A stretch of DNA of 44,086 nucleotides, taken from assembly GCA_041577015.1 (NCBI GenBank), contig JBFGJV010000001.1, positions 1 to 44,086 of the forward strand, in the 5' to 3' direction. The DNA is from Myxococcota bacterium. Its GTDB lineage: Bacteria; Myxococcota_A; UBA9160; PR03. A model generated the notes under the pieces. That model made no database searches, was not told the origin of the DNA, and saw only the letters and a list, made by a program, of their open reading frames with translations. Positions 8,538-17,285 of the stretch are shown here, piece by piece (within the stretch, counting starts at the first letter, position 1; every line of letters begins with the position of its first letter). Position numbers and translations under genes: made by a program.

Positions 8538-10325
8538 ATGGCCCGGCGCACGCGGCGAGCCGCCAGCAACGAGGAGGTCGGCCAGACGCTGCGCGAGATG
8601 GCGCTCTTCCTCGAGATGGAAGACGTCGCCTTCAAGCCGCGCGCCTACGAGAAGGCGGCGTGGTCCGTCGCCTCGTGCGACCGGCCCGTGCGCGAGCTCT
8701 GGGCCGAGGGCGGAGTCAAGGCGGTCCAGACGCTCCCCCACGTCGGCAAGGGCATCGCCGAGAAGATCGGCGAGCTGCTGGAGACCGGGCGCATCCCGGA
8801 GCTCGAGGCGTTGCGCAAGCAGACGCCGGTGGATGTCCTCCAGCTCACCGCCGTGGAGGGGCTCGGCGCCAAGCTCGTGAAGGCGCTGTACGAGGCGCTC
8901 CGTGTGCGCACCCTCGACCAGCTGGAGAAGGCCGCTCGCGCCGGCAAGATCCGCTCGCTGCCGCACTTCGGCGAGAAGAGCGAGCAGAAGATCCTGCGCG
9001 GGATCGCCTTCCTGAGGCAGTCCGGTGGGCGCTTCCCCATCGGTCGGGTGCTGGATCTCGCGCACGACATCCAGGCGCGGCTCGCGAAGCCGAAGCACGT
9101 CACGCACGCCGTGGTGGCGGGCTCCCTGCGCCGCCACCGCGAGACCGTGGGCGATCTCGACTTCCTGGTGGTCTCGAGCGACCCGGAGGCGGTGATGAAG
9201 GCCTTCGTGTCCCTGCCCGAGGTCGCGCACGTCCACGCGCGAGGGCCCACGAAATCGATGGTGCGTCTCTCGATCGGAATCGACGCCGACCTGCGCGTGG
9301 TGCCCGAGGAGAGCTACGGCGCAGCACTCCACTACTTCACCGGCAGCAAGGACCACAACGTGGCGCTGCGACGCATCGCCATGGAGAAGGGCCTCAAGCT
9401 GAACGAGTACGGCGTCTTCCGCGGCCGCAAGCGCATTGCCGGCGCCACCGAGGAGGAGGTATACGATGCGCTCGGACTGGCCTTCATTCCTCCCGAGCTT
9501 CGGGAGGATCGCGGCGAGATCGAGGCGGCGCGGGCGGGGAAGCTGCCCAAGCTGATCGAGCCGGGCAGCCTGCGCGGGGACCTGCAGATCCAGACCGACT
9601 GGACCGACGGCGCGGACTCCATCGAGGCCATGGCCCGCGCCGCGAAGCAGCTCGGCCTGGAGTACATCGCCATCACGGACCACACGCGCGACCTCCCCAT
9701 GGCGCGAGGCTGCGACGAGGCGAAGCTGCTCGAGCAGCGCGAGGCGATCCGCAAGGTCAACGAGCGCATGAAAGGCTTCCGGGTGCTGTCCGGAGCGGAG
9801 GTGAACATCCGCGCCGACGGCAGCCTCGACGTGGAGGACGAGGCGCTGGCTCGGCTCGATCTGGTGGGTGCCGCGGTCCATCACCACTTCGGACAGTCGC
9901 GCACCCAGATGACGAAGCGCCTGATCCGCGCCATGGAGAACCCGCACGTGGACGTCCTGTTCCATCCCACGGGTCGCGCGCTCGGCAGGCGCGAGGCGGT
10001 GAAGCTCGACATCGACGCCGTGATCGAGGCGGCGCGGCGCACCGGGACGGCCCTCGAGATCGACGCCCAGCCGGAACGGCTGGACTTGAAGGACGAGCAC
10101 GTGCGCAAGGCGGTCGAGGCGGGCGTGGCGCTGGTGATCGACTCGGACGCGCACGCCGCAAAGGGGCTGCGCTACCCGGAGCTCTACGGCGTGCCGCTGG
10201 CGCGCCGGGGCTGGGCCAGCGCCGCGGACGTGCTCAACACGCGACCGGTCTCGAAGCTGCTGGCCGCGCTGAAGGACGGGCGCCGCGGCGCGAGACGCGC
10301 GCGCAAGAAGAAGACGAAGCGTTAG
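8538..10325 (+). CDS. polX: DNA polymerase X family protein with C-terminal PHP phosphoesterase domain
   Basis: 595 aa. It has HhH motifs (LPHVGKGIAEKI, LPHFGEKSEQKI), a Pol-beta nucleotidyltransferase core (VAGSLRRHRETVGDLDFLV, DLRVVPEESYGAALHYFTGSKDHN), and then PHP His/Asp blocks (ITDHTRD..., IDSDAH). Confidence 0.9.
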   Translation: MARRTRRAASNEEVGQTLREMALFLEMEDVAFKPRAYEKAAWSVASCDRPVRELWAEGGVKAVQTLPHVGKGIAEKIGELLETGRIPELEALRKQTPVDVLQLTAVEGLGAKLVKALYEALRVRTLDQLEKAARAGKIRSLPHFGEKSEQKILRGIAFLRQSGGRFPIGRVLDLAHDIQARLAKPKHVTHAVVAGSLRRHRETVGDLDFLVVSSDPEAVMKAFVSLPEVAHVHARGPTKSMVRLSIGIDADLRVVPEESYGAALHYFTGSKDHNVALRRIAMEKGLKLNEYGVFRGRKRIAGATEEEVYDALGLAFIPPELREDRGEIEAARAGKLPKLIEPGSLRGDLQIQTDWTDGADSIEAMARAAKQLGLEYIAITDHTRDLPMARGCDEAKLLEQREAIRKVNERMKGFRVLSGAEVNIRADGSLDVEDEALARLDLVGAAVHHHFGQSRTQMTKRLIRAMENPHVDVLFHPTGRALGRREAVKLDIDAVIEAARRTGTALEIDAQPERLDLKDEHVRKAVEAGVALVIDSDAHAAKGLRYPELYGVPLARRGWASAADVLNTRPVSKLLAALKDGRRGARRARKKKTKR

Positions 10326-11095
10326 TCGAGCGCCTCGCCCAGGAACGACACGATGCGGGGCACGAGCTCGCGGCGGCTCGCGAACAGATGGGTTCCGTGG
10401 CCTCCGGACTCGTAGACCGTCAGCTCGTCCGGCCCCGCGTGGACCTCCGTCAGGCGGCGCGCGCTCGCGGCCGAGCGGGGGTCGTCCTCCGCCGCCACGG
10501 CCAGCAAGGGGCCCGGAAACTTCGCCGCAGCCTCCACCACGTCCACGTCGAAGTAGGCCGTGCCCGGCGAGAGCAGGACGAGTCCCCCCACGTCCTCCAC
10601 CCGACCCGCGGAGAGCAGCGCCACCGAGCAGCCGTAGGAGGCTCCGATCAGGAAGATCCGTCGCGGGGCGAGGCCCAGCGTCGCCAGGTGGGCGCGCGCG
10701 GCGGCGACGTCCCGAGGACCGTCGCGCACGAAGGCTCCGAAGCGCTCGCGGGGAATCTCGGCGACCCGCACCGTTCGCTCGCCCTGGCGGGTCGATTCAC
10801 CGTGGGCGCGCTGGTCCAGGGCCAGCACCGTGAGGCCCGCCTCGGCCAGGTCCGGGAGCAGCGGCGCCCAGGCGCTGCGATCGGAGTGGTACATGTGCAG
10901 CAGGATGACCGCCGGCGCGCTCGGGTCCCGAGCGCGAAGCAGGTCACCGCGGAGGACGAAGCCGTCCTCGGTCTCGAAGCGGACGGGCGTGCGCTCCTCC
11001 CGAGCCGGAGCGGACTCCGCGCAGGCCGCGCCGGCCGCGAGCCCGAGCGCGAGCGCCAGCACCGCGCCCGCAGCTTGCTCCGGGATCCGCCTCAC
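10322..11095 (-). CDS. Secreted alpha/beta hydrolase (dienelactone-hydrolase-like)
   Basis: I trimmed the listed 524-aa ORF to GTG 11095. That start overlaps the upstream stop in a GTGA arrangement (11092-11095). Signal-like N-terminus VRRIPEQAAGAVLALALGLAAGAACA. Nucleophile elbow FLIGASYGCSVAL, and GGHGTH near the C-terminus. Confidence 0.7.
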   Translation of the reverse strand: MRRIPEQAAGAVLALALGLAAGAACAESAPAREERTPVRFETEDGFVLRGDLLRARDPSAPAVILLHMYHSDRSAWAPLLPDLAEAGLTVLALDQRAHGESTRQGERTVRVAEIPRERFGAFVRDGPRDVAAARAHLATLGLAPRRIFLIGASYGCSVALLSAGRVEDVGGLVLLSPGTAYFDVDVVEAAAKFPGPLLAVAAEDDPRSAASARRLTEVHAGPDELTVYESGGHGTHLFASRRELVPRIVSFLGEALD

Positions 11096-11958
11096 GCGGC
11101 GGCGCCCCGCGCTGGCTGTACGAGGTCGGGCCGTCCCGACCAGCTCCATGCGAACGACGTGCGACTCACGCCCAGCATCACCCCCTCGAGCGCGTTCGGA
11201 TGGATGAAGAGGTTGTCGGGCGTCCCGGTCCCGTGCGGTCCGGTCCAGTCCCGGGGAGCCTCGTCGCGCAGCCGTTCGCGGACCGCGTCCGTGGCATCCG
11301 ACTCTGCATAGGCCATGTACAGGCATGGACCGCGGCGGGCGAAGTAGCGGCCCATCGTCTTGGAGCGGTCGAAGGGCGTCACCGTCTCCACGCGATCGAG
11401 CCGATCTGGCCGCAGGAGGGTGAGCGTCCCCTGGTACCCGTACGGCTCGGAGCGGATCGGGACGAAGCGGGAGGGGTCGAGATCGAACGCGTGCGCGAGG
11501 CGGGCGGCCGCGGCCGCCTGGTCGTGGCAGAGGTGGGTGACCTCGTAGAGGTGCGTGAGGAGACCCTTCGGCTCCGGCTCGGCGGCGGGGGAGAGCACCA
11601 CGTGGAGCCCGGGCAGGTCCAGCCAGTCGTGGTGGAGGAAGATCTGCCGCTCCAGGGCGACGTGGTGGATGCCGCGGCTCTCCAGGTGCGCCCGCGCCGC
11701 CTCGGCGTCGGCCACGGAGAACCCCACGGCGAACAGGCCCGGACCGAAGCGCGCCAGATGGTGGGCGACGGTTCCGATGCCCTCCATCTGCAGGATCTCC
11801 ACCTCGCTGCTCCCCAGCCGGAGCACGCTGCGGCTGGCGGCCAGGGCGGGAACCCGGTCCTCGCGCACGAGCTCCGCGCCGAGCAGCCGTCTCCACGCGC
11901 CCGCCGCACGGCCACGCTCCAGCGAGACGACCTGGATCCGATCCACACCCCCCAGCAC
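11092..11958 (-). CDS. Two-domain VOC/glyoxalase-fold protein
   Basis: 288 aa. GTG 11958 is preceded by GGAGGGAAGG. Repeated beta-alpha-beta-beta-beta-like segments (IQVVSLE..., LFAVGFSVADAEAARAHLESRG, LTHLYEVTHLCHD). Translationally coupled to the downstream hydrolase. Confidence 0.5.
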   Translation of the reverse strand: MLGGVDRIQVVSLERGRAAGAWRRLLGAELVREDRVPALAASRSVLRLGSSEVEILQMEGIGTVAHHLARFGPGLFAVGFSVADAEAARAHLESRGIHHVALERQIFLHHDWLDLPGLHVVLSPAAEPEPKGLLTHLYEVTHLCHDQAAAAARLAHAFDLDPSRFVPIRSEPYGYQGTLTLLRPDRLDRVETVTPFDRSKTMGRYFARRGPCLYMAYAESDATDAVRERLRDEAPRDWTGPHGTGTPDNLFIHPNALEGVMLGVSRTSFAWSWSGRPDLVQPARGAAA

Positions 11959-12020
11959 GCTACCTTCCCTCCGTTTGGCGGCCGGAGGCTAACGCAGCCG
12001 GCCCCGCCGCGGGGAGGCCC

Positions 12021-13169
12021 ATGCGTCGCGACATCTTCACGCCGGAGCACGAGCTGTTCCGGGAGCAGTTCCGCCGCTTCGTGGCCAAGGAGATCGAGCC
12101 CAAGGTGGCGGAATGGAACGCAAAGGGCAGCAGCGACCGCGAGACCTGGCGACGCATGGGGCAGGAGGGCTTCCTGGGCGCGTGCGCGCCCGAGGCCTAC
12201 GGCGGCGCGGGCGGGGACTTCCTCTACGACGCCATCGTGATGGAGGAGATGGCCCGGGTGCGCGCCCACGGCCTCATGATGTCGCTGCACTCGGACATCT
12301 GCATGCCCTACCTCGTCCGCTACGGCACCGAGGAGCACAAGCGTCGCTTCCTGCCCGGCGCCATCGCCGGGGAGATCCTGCTCGGCATCGCGATGACCGA
12401 GCCCGGCACGGGGTCCGACCTGGCGAACGTGCAGACCCGCGCCGTGCGCGACGGCGACGACTGGGTGCTCAACGGCTCCAAGACCTTCATCTCCAACGGG
12501 CAGATCGGCGATCTCTTCATCGTCGTGGCCAAGACCGATCCGGGGGCGGATCCGCCCCACGACGGCATCAGCCTGTTCCTGGTGGAGGCAGATCGACCGG
12601 GCTTCGTGCGCGGGCGCAAGCTGGACAAGCTCGGCCTGCGGGGTCAGGACACCAGCGAGCTGTTCTTCCAGGACTGCCGGATCCCGGCGGAGAACCTGCT
12701 CGGGTCGCCGGGGCGCGGCTTCCGCATGCTGATGGAGCAGCTCCAGCAGGAGCGGCTCTGCATCGCGGTGGCCTCCGTCGCCTCGTGCCGGCGCGCCCTG
12801 GAGGACACCATGCAGTACGTGCGCGAACGCCAGGCCTTCGGGCGTCCGATCGCGGCCTTCCAGAACACCCAGTTCAAGCTGGCCGAGCTGGCGACCGAGG
12901 TGGAGCTGGGTCAGGCCTTCGTGGACAAGCTGCTGGTGGCGCACGTGCGGGGCGACGACCTGGTCACCGAGGTGAGCATGGCCAAGTGGTGGACGACCGA
13001 CCTCCAGAAGCGGCTCACCAGCGAGTGCCTGCAGCTGCACGGGGGCTACGGCTTCATGCTCGAGTACCCGATCTCCATGGACCACGCGGACGCGGCGGTC
13101 CAGTCCATCTACGCCGGCACGAACGAGATCATGAAGGTGATCATCGCGCGGCGGCTCGGCCTGGGCTGA
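12021..13169 (+). CDS. Acyl-CoA dehydrogenase
   Basis: 382 aa. Typical ACAD blocks: GIAMTEPGTGSDLANVQTRAVRDGDDWVLNGSKTFISNG, ERQAFGRPIAAFQNTQFKLAE, LQLHGGYGFMLEYPI, IYAGTNEIMKVIIAR. Confidence 0.9.
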   Translation: MRRDIFTPEHELFREQFRRFVAKEIEPKVAEWNAKGSSDRETWRRMGQEGFLGACAPEAYGGAGGDFLYDAIVMEEMARVRAHGLMMSLHSDICMPYLVRYGTEEHKRRFLPGAIAGEILLGIAMTEPGTGSDLANVQTRAVRDGDDWVLNGSKTFISNGQIGDLFIVVAKTDPGADPPHDGISLFLVEADRPGFVRGRKLDKLGLRGQDTSELFFQDCRIPAENLLGSPGRGFRMLMEQLQQERLCIAVASVASCRRALEDTMQYVRERQAFGRPIAAFQNTQFKLAELATEVELGQAFVDKLLVAHVRGDDLVTEVSMAKWWTTDLQKRLTSECLQLHGGYGFMLEYPISMDHADAAVQSIYAGTNEIMKVIIARRLGLG

Positions 13170-13174
13170 GGCGC

Positions 13175-13771
13175 GTGCGCCGTTTCGGCACGGAGACCTG
13201 GATCTTCGGCTACGGCTCGCTCACGTGGCGGCCGGACTTTCCGCACCGGGAGCGCCGGCCGGCCTGGGTGTCCGGCCGGGCGCGCCGCTTCTGGCAGGGA
13301 TCCACCGACCACCGGGGCGTGCCCGGGGCGCCCGGCCGCGTGGTGACGCTGGTGGAGGAGCCGGGTGCACGCTGCTTCGGCATGGCCTACCGCGTCGATG
13401 CGGCGGGCGCCGACGCGGTGGTGGCGGCGCTCGACCATCGCGAGCGCGGGGGGTACGAGCGCGTGGAGATCGAGCTCCGCTTCGGAGCCGCGGTGGGGCG
13501 CGTCGCGCGAGCCCTCACCTGGGTGGCGACGCCCGCGAACCCCAACTACCTGGGCGAGGCGCCGCTCGCGGCGATCGCGGACCAGGTCCGCCGGGCATAC
13601 GGGCCGAGCGGTGCGAACCTGGAATACGTGCACCGCCTGGCCGAGTTCCTGCGGGCTCACGGCGCCGACGACCCCCACGTCTTCGCCCTCGCCCGCCTGC
13701 TCCCGGCTCTTCACCCCGAACACGCGCCCCGCAGCAGCGACGCCAGCAAGATCCCCGGGGCGAGCGCGTAG
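13175..13771 (+). CDS. ChaC-family gamma-glutamylcyclotransferase
   Basis: C-terminal part of listed ORF 12113-13771, taken from in-frame GTG 13175. WIFGYGSLTWRPDF, GRVVTLVEEPG..CFGMAY and LDHRERGGYERVEI are ChaC hallmarks. Confidence 0.8.
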   Translation: MRRFGTETWIFGYGSLTWRPDFPHRERRPAWVSGRARRFWQGSTDHRGVPGAPGRVVTLVEEPGARCFGMAYRVDAAGADAVVAALDHRERGGYERVEIELRFGAAVGRVARALTWVATPANPNYLGEAPLAAIADQVRRAYGPSGANLEYVHRLAEFLRAHGADDPHVFALARLLPALHPEHAPRSSDASKIPGASA

Positions 13772-14286
13772 ACCAGGCCGATCGCCACCCAGCAGGCGAA
13801 CCAGGCGCGGTCTCGGCTCGTGGCGCCGCGTGAGGGGGTGCGCAGGCCCAGGCGGTCGCGCAGCTCCCCCACCCGCCAGGTCAGCAACTCCTCCCGGAAC
13901 TCGCCCTCGGTCCGATACAGGCTCGTGGCGTGCCGCCCGCGCACGAAGGCCCGGAAGGTGCGGCCCGGAGCGATGACGAGGCCGATCACGAAGGCCCCGA
14001 GATTCAGCCACCAGGCCCACAGGTGGCGTCCGCAGCCGGCGGCGATCTCCCAGGCACCGATCTCCGCCTCGCCGGTCCAGCTGGTGTCGTAGCTGGTCGC
14101 CACGTGGTGGAGGTCGTGAAGCTTCACGGCGCGCACGCGCCCCGGCCGGTTCGGAAAGCGGATCGGCAGCGGACCCGCCCGCAGCACCACCCAGCGCTCG
14201 CTGTAGCCGCCGATCCCAAGCCCGCTCCGCGCGAAGTAGCGCTCGCGCGCCTCGCCGACGCGGAGGGCGTCGCCGTAGGCCGACAC
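13711..14286 (-). CDS. Coq4-family-like membrane protein with an HDxxH-x11-E motif
   Basis: I trimmed to GTG 14286, which lies 11 nt after the upstream stop. VKLHDLHHVATSYDTSWTGEAEI fits the Coq4 motif HDxxH-(x)11-E. Two hydrophobic helices follow it. Confidence 0.55.
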   Translation of the reverse strand: MSAYGDALRVGEARERYFARSGLGIGGYSERWVVLRAGPLPIRFPNRPGRVRAVKLHDLHHVATSYDTSWTGEAEIGAWEIAAGCGRHLWAWWLNLGAFVIGLVIAPGRTFRAFVRGRHATSLYRTEGEFREELLTWRVGELRDRLGLRTPSRGATSRDRAWFACWVAIGLVYALAPGILLASLLRGACSG

Positions 14287-14297
14287 CGCGCCGGGGC

Positions 14298-14939
14298 CTA
14301 GCTCTCGTCCGCGTAGAGGGCGAGGGCCTCGGGGAGGGGCGCCGATTCCACGCCAGGCTCCGCCACCACCGCCCGCAGCCAGTCGGGCCGCTCTCGGGCG
14401 CAGACGCAGACCGGGTGCGGCAGGCCCGCGAGCTGGTTGGCCTGACGCACGAAGCTCGTGGCGTAGTCCGGCGGCCGCACGTCCCGGGCGAGCTCCACCA
14501 GGACGAAGGGATCCGGCGGCGAGGAGCCCGGCGCGGGCAGCGCCACGTGGGGCGTGCCGGGGCGGTCGCCGCCTCCCGCGAGGCCAGGTCCGTCGCACAG
14601 GATCGCGCCCCGGACCTGCCGCGGCCGCGCCCCGGCCAGGAGCAGCGCCACGTAGGCGCCGAGCCCGCGTCCCAGCAGCGTGGCGGCCTCCAGCTGCGTC
14701 AAGGCCGCGTCGGCGTCGCCCATCAGGATCTCGGCCGTGTAGCCGCCGCTGGCCGGCACCGAGGAGCGCCCGTGCCCGGTGAAGTCCAGGGCGAACACCG
14801 GCCCCGGCCAGGGGGACGCCGACTCCGGCACGGCGTCCGGGGAGCGCTCGCCGAGTCCGTGCAGGAGGAGCAACGGCCGCCCCGATCCCTTCCGCAGCGC
14901 GTGCAGCGCCAGCTCCACCTTGGCGTGCTGGAGCCTCAC
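14298..14939 (-). CDS. Alpha/beta-hydrolase-fold protein lacking the nucleophile serine
   Basis: GTG 14939 overlaps the upstream stop in a GTGA arrangement (14936-14939). It has LLLLHGLGERS and FTGHGRS blocks, but the elbow reads LLGRGLGAYVAL, with Gly where Ser is expected. Confidence 0.6.
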   Translation of the reverse strand: MRLQHAKVELALHALRKGSGRPLLLLHGLGERSPDAVPESASPWPGPVFALDFTGHGRSSVPASGGYTAEILMGDADAALTQLEAATLLGRGLGAYVALLLAGARPRQVRGAILCDGPGLAGGGDRPGTPHVALPAPGSSPPDPFVLVELARDVRPPDYATSFVRQANQLAGLPHPVCVCARERPDWLRAVVAEPGVESAPLPEALALYADES

Positions 14940-15874
14940 GACAGGAACTCCAGCACGAGCTTCGTCACCGGCTCGGGCTGCTCGATGTGGATGAAGTGCC
15001 CGGCGTCCTCGAAGCGCTCGACGCGCGCGCCGGGCGGAAGGTGGGGCCGCAGCACCTCCGGCGTGGTGTCCCAGCCCATGGGCTCCTGCTGGCCGCCCAG
15101 CAGCCCCAGCAGGGGAGCCGCGAGGCCGGGAAGGCGCTCCAGGTGCCACTCCGGGCGGAAGGGACCGAAACCCCCGAAGCGCAGCGCGGGGTCGATCTTC
15201 CAGCGCCAGCCGTCGGGATCGCGCCGCGCCCCGAGCGTCACCAGGTAGCGCAGCCACTCCAGCGGGAGGCGCGGGTTCATGCGCCCGCGGCGGCGCGCCA
15301 GGTCGTCCAGGGTGCCCGGCTTGCGCACCAGGTGCGCGGCCCGCCGCCGGTGGTCGAGCCAGCCCGCCAGGTCCTCGGCCAGCAGCCGCGTGCGCTCGTG
15401 GTCCGCCACGTCCGGATGCGCGCGGCGCGACGGCATGCCGTCGATGCTCACCAGGCGCCGTACCCGGTGCGGCATGGTGAGCGCCAGCTGCGTCAGCACC
15501 GCGCCCCCCTTCGAGTGCCCGATCAGGTGCACGGGCTCCCGCGTGGTGGACTCGAGCACCAGCAGCGCGTCCCGGACGTCCGCCTCCCAGGAGTAGAGCG
15601 CCGCATGCGCGGAGTCGCCGTGCCCGCGGTGATCCCAGCTCACCACGCGGTACCCCGCCGCGGCCAGCAGCGGGGCGAAGACGTCGAAGGTGCGGGCGAA
15701 GTCGAAGCCGCCGTGGGCGAGCAGGATCACCGGCGCGCCCGTCTCGCCCCACTCGTAGACGGCCAGGCGCAGCCCGAAGGAGTCGACGCTGCGCAGGCGG
15801 TCCGGCGTCCGAGCGCCGGGGTAGGAGGGCGCTCCGGGCTCGCCCTTCGCATCCGCGCTGGTCACCTCGCGCAT
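14936..15874 (-). CDS. Alpha/beta hydrolase
   Basis: I trimmed to ATG 15874 (MREVTSADAKG...). VILLAHGGFDFARTF, WDHRGHGDS, nucleophile elbow LIGHSKGGAV, and AGHFIHIEQPE near the C-terminus. Confidence 0.8.
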   Translation of the reverse strand: MREVTSADAKGEPGAPSYPGARTPDRLRSVDSFGLRLAVYEWGETGAPVILLAHGGFDFARTFDVFAPLLAAAGYRVVSWDHRGHGDSAHAALYSWEADVRDALLVLESTTREPVHLIGHSKGGAVLTQLALTMPHRVRRLVSIDGMPSRRAHPDVADHERTRLLAEDLAGWLDHRRRAAHLVRKPGTLDDLARRRGRMNPRLPLEWLRYLVTLGARRDPDGWRWKIDPALRFGGFGPFRPEWHLERLPGLAAPLLGLLGGQQEPMGWDTTPEVLRPHLPPGARVERFEDAGHFIHIEQPEPVTKLVLEFLS

Positions 15875-15985
15875 CAGGTCTCCTCGGGCGCGGGGCCAGT
15901 CTAGGCGGAAGCGGCCTTCGCGGCCGCCCCGGCGTCTGGAGGGAAGACCCGAGGGCCGAGACGGGCGGCAGGCCGATGAGGGGGC

Positions 15986-17256
15986 GTGTCCCGGCAAGCC
16001 CTCGCGCCGTCCACCTCCCGCATCTTCGTGGCCCGCCAGCCCATCCTGGACCGGCGCCAGCGCATCTCGGGCTACGAGCTGCTCTACCGCGGCTCCGCCG
16101 ACGCCACGCGGGCGGAGTTCCCCGACGTGCGCAGCGCCTGCGTCCGGACGCTGGTGAACGTCTTCGTCGACATGGGCCCGGATGCGCTGCTCGGCTCCCA
16201 CCGCGGTTTCCTCAACGTGTCGGGTGAGCTGCTGCGCAGCGATCTGGTGGAGGCACTCCCGAAGGACCGCGTGGTGATCGAGATCCTCGAGTCGGAGGCG
16301 GTGGACGTCGAGCTCGAGCGGCGCTGCCGGGAGCTGGTCCAGCTCGGCTTCGCCCTGGCGCTGGACGACTTCGTCCCGGGTGACGGGCGAGAGGCCCTGC
16401 TGCCGGTGGTGGACTACGTGAAGGTGGATCTCGCCGGGACGTCCGGCAGCGCCCTGCGTCGTCTCGTCCCGCTCCTGCGCCGTCATCCCCCGCGCGTCTC
16501 CTGGCCGAGAAGGTGGAGACGCGCGAGCAGTACCGGGCTTGCCGGGAGCTCGGCTTCGACCTGTTCCAGGGCTTCCACTTCGCCCGGCCGGTGACCGTGT
16601 CGGGCAACGCGGTCGATCCGGCGCGCGCGGCGCTGCTGGAGCTTCTGCGTCGGCTGCGTCAGGGCGCGGAGCTCGACCGCCTGGAGGAGCTTCTCAAGCA
16701 GCACGCCTCCCTGGGCCTGAACCTGCTGCGCCTGGTCAACTCGGTGGGCATGGCGCGCAGCCAGCGCATCTCCACGGTGCGCCAATCCCTCGTCCTGATC
16801 GGCAGACGTCGCCTGGAGCGCTGGCTCGTGATGCTGCTGTTCGCCGGCTCGGATCCCGCCGGGGCCGCGAGCCCGCTGCTGCAGGTGGCCGCCATGCGGG
16901 GCCGTCTGATGGAGCTCCTGGCCGGCCGCGGTGGGGAGGGCCGCGACGTGGGCGAGCGCGCCTTCCTGGCGGGAATGCTGTCGCTCGTGGATGCGGTGCT
17001 GGGTCTCTCCAAGCTCGAAGTCATGGACCAGCTGCACGTGGACGAGGGCATCCGCCTCGCCGTGCTGGAGCGGCGGGAAGCCCTGGGCCGTCTGCTCGCC
17101 CTGGCGGAGGCGGTGGAACGCGCCGACTTCGCCCGCGTGGAGGAGCCCCTGCGCGAGCTCGCTCTCGACCCCGGCGACCTGTTCCAGGCCGGTCTCGATG
17201 CGGCCGCCTGGGTGGGTCGGCTCGAGGCGGGCGCCGCCGCCCCGACCGACGCCTGA
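15986..17256 (+). pseudogene. EAL-like + HDOD domain signalling protein, split by a 1-nt frameshift near 16487-16497
   Basis: ORF 15986-16594 carries the EAL-like N-terminus (FVARQPILDRRQRISGYELLYR, VIEILESE, DYVKVDL). ORF 16513-17256 carries (LLAEK)VETREQYRACRELGFDLFQGFHFARP plus the HDOD region. The frames join if one base is added at the C5/GC run. Total length is 1271 nt, which is 3n-1. Confidence 0.75.
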
Positions 17257-17285
17257 GCGTCGGCCTCTCTGCTACGCTCGCCGCC

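Noticed and set aside
7467-10154. Very long antisense or off-frame ORFs. Examples: 7467-10154(-) 895 aa, 8210-11311(+) 1033 aa, 17802-21206(-) 1134 aa, 38592-41252(-) 886 aa, 2622-4664(-) 680 aa, 4975-6927(+) 650 aa and 36679-38856(+) 725 aa.
   Set aside because: Their translations are Arg/Gly/Pro/Ala/His-rich low-complexity strings with no motifs. Each lies opposite, or out of frame with, an ORF carrying clear family signatures (PolX, TrpE(G), helicase, MFS, AGCS and others). This is the usual stop-codon-poor artefact of very GC-rich DNA.
15875-15985. Small GC-rich hairpins in several intergenic spacers, for example GCGGCC-TTCGC-GGCCGC near 15912-15928 and GCCGC/GCGGC at 6543-6556.
   Set aside because: Stems of 5-6 bp are expected by chance at this GC content. 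No U-tracts or conserved context are present.
16484-16496. Programmed -1 ribosomal frameshift as the explanation for the split EAL-HDOD gene.
   Set aside because: No canonical X XXY YYZ slippery heptamer is present in the zero frame (CAT CCC CCG CGC), and I saw no obvious downstream pseudoknot. An indel (error or mutation) is the simpler explanation.
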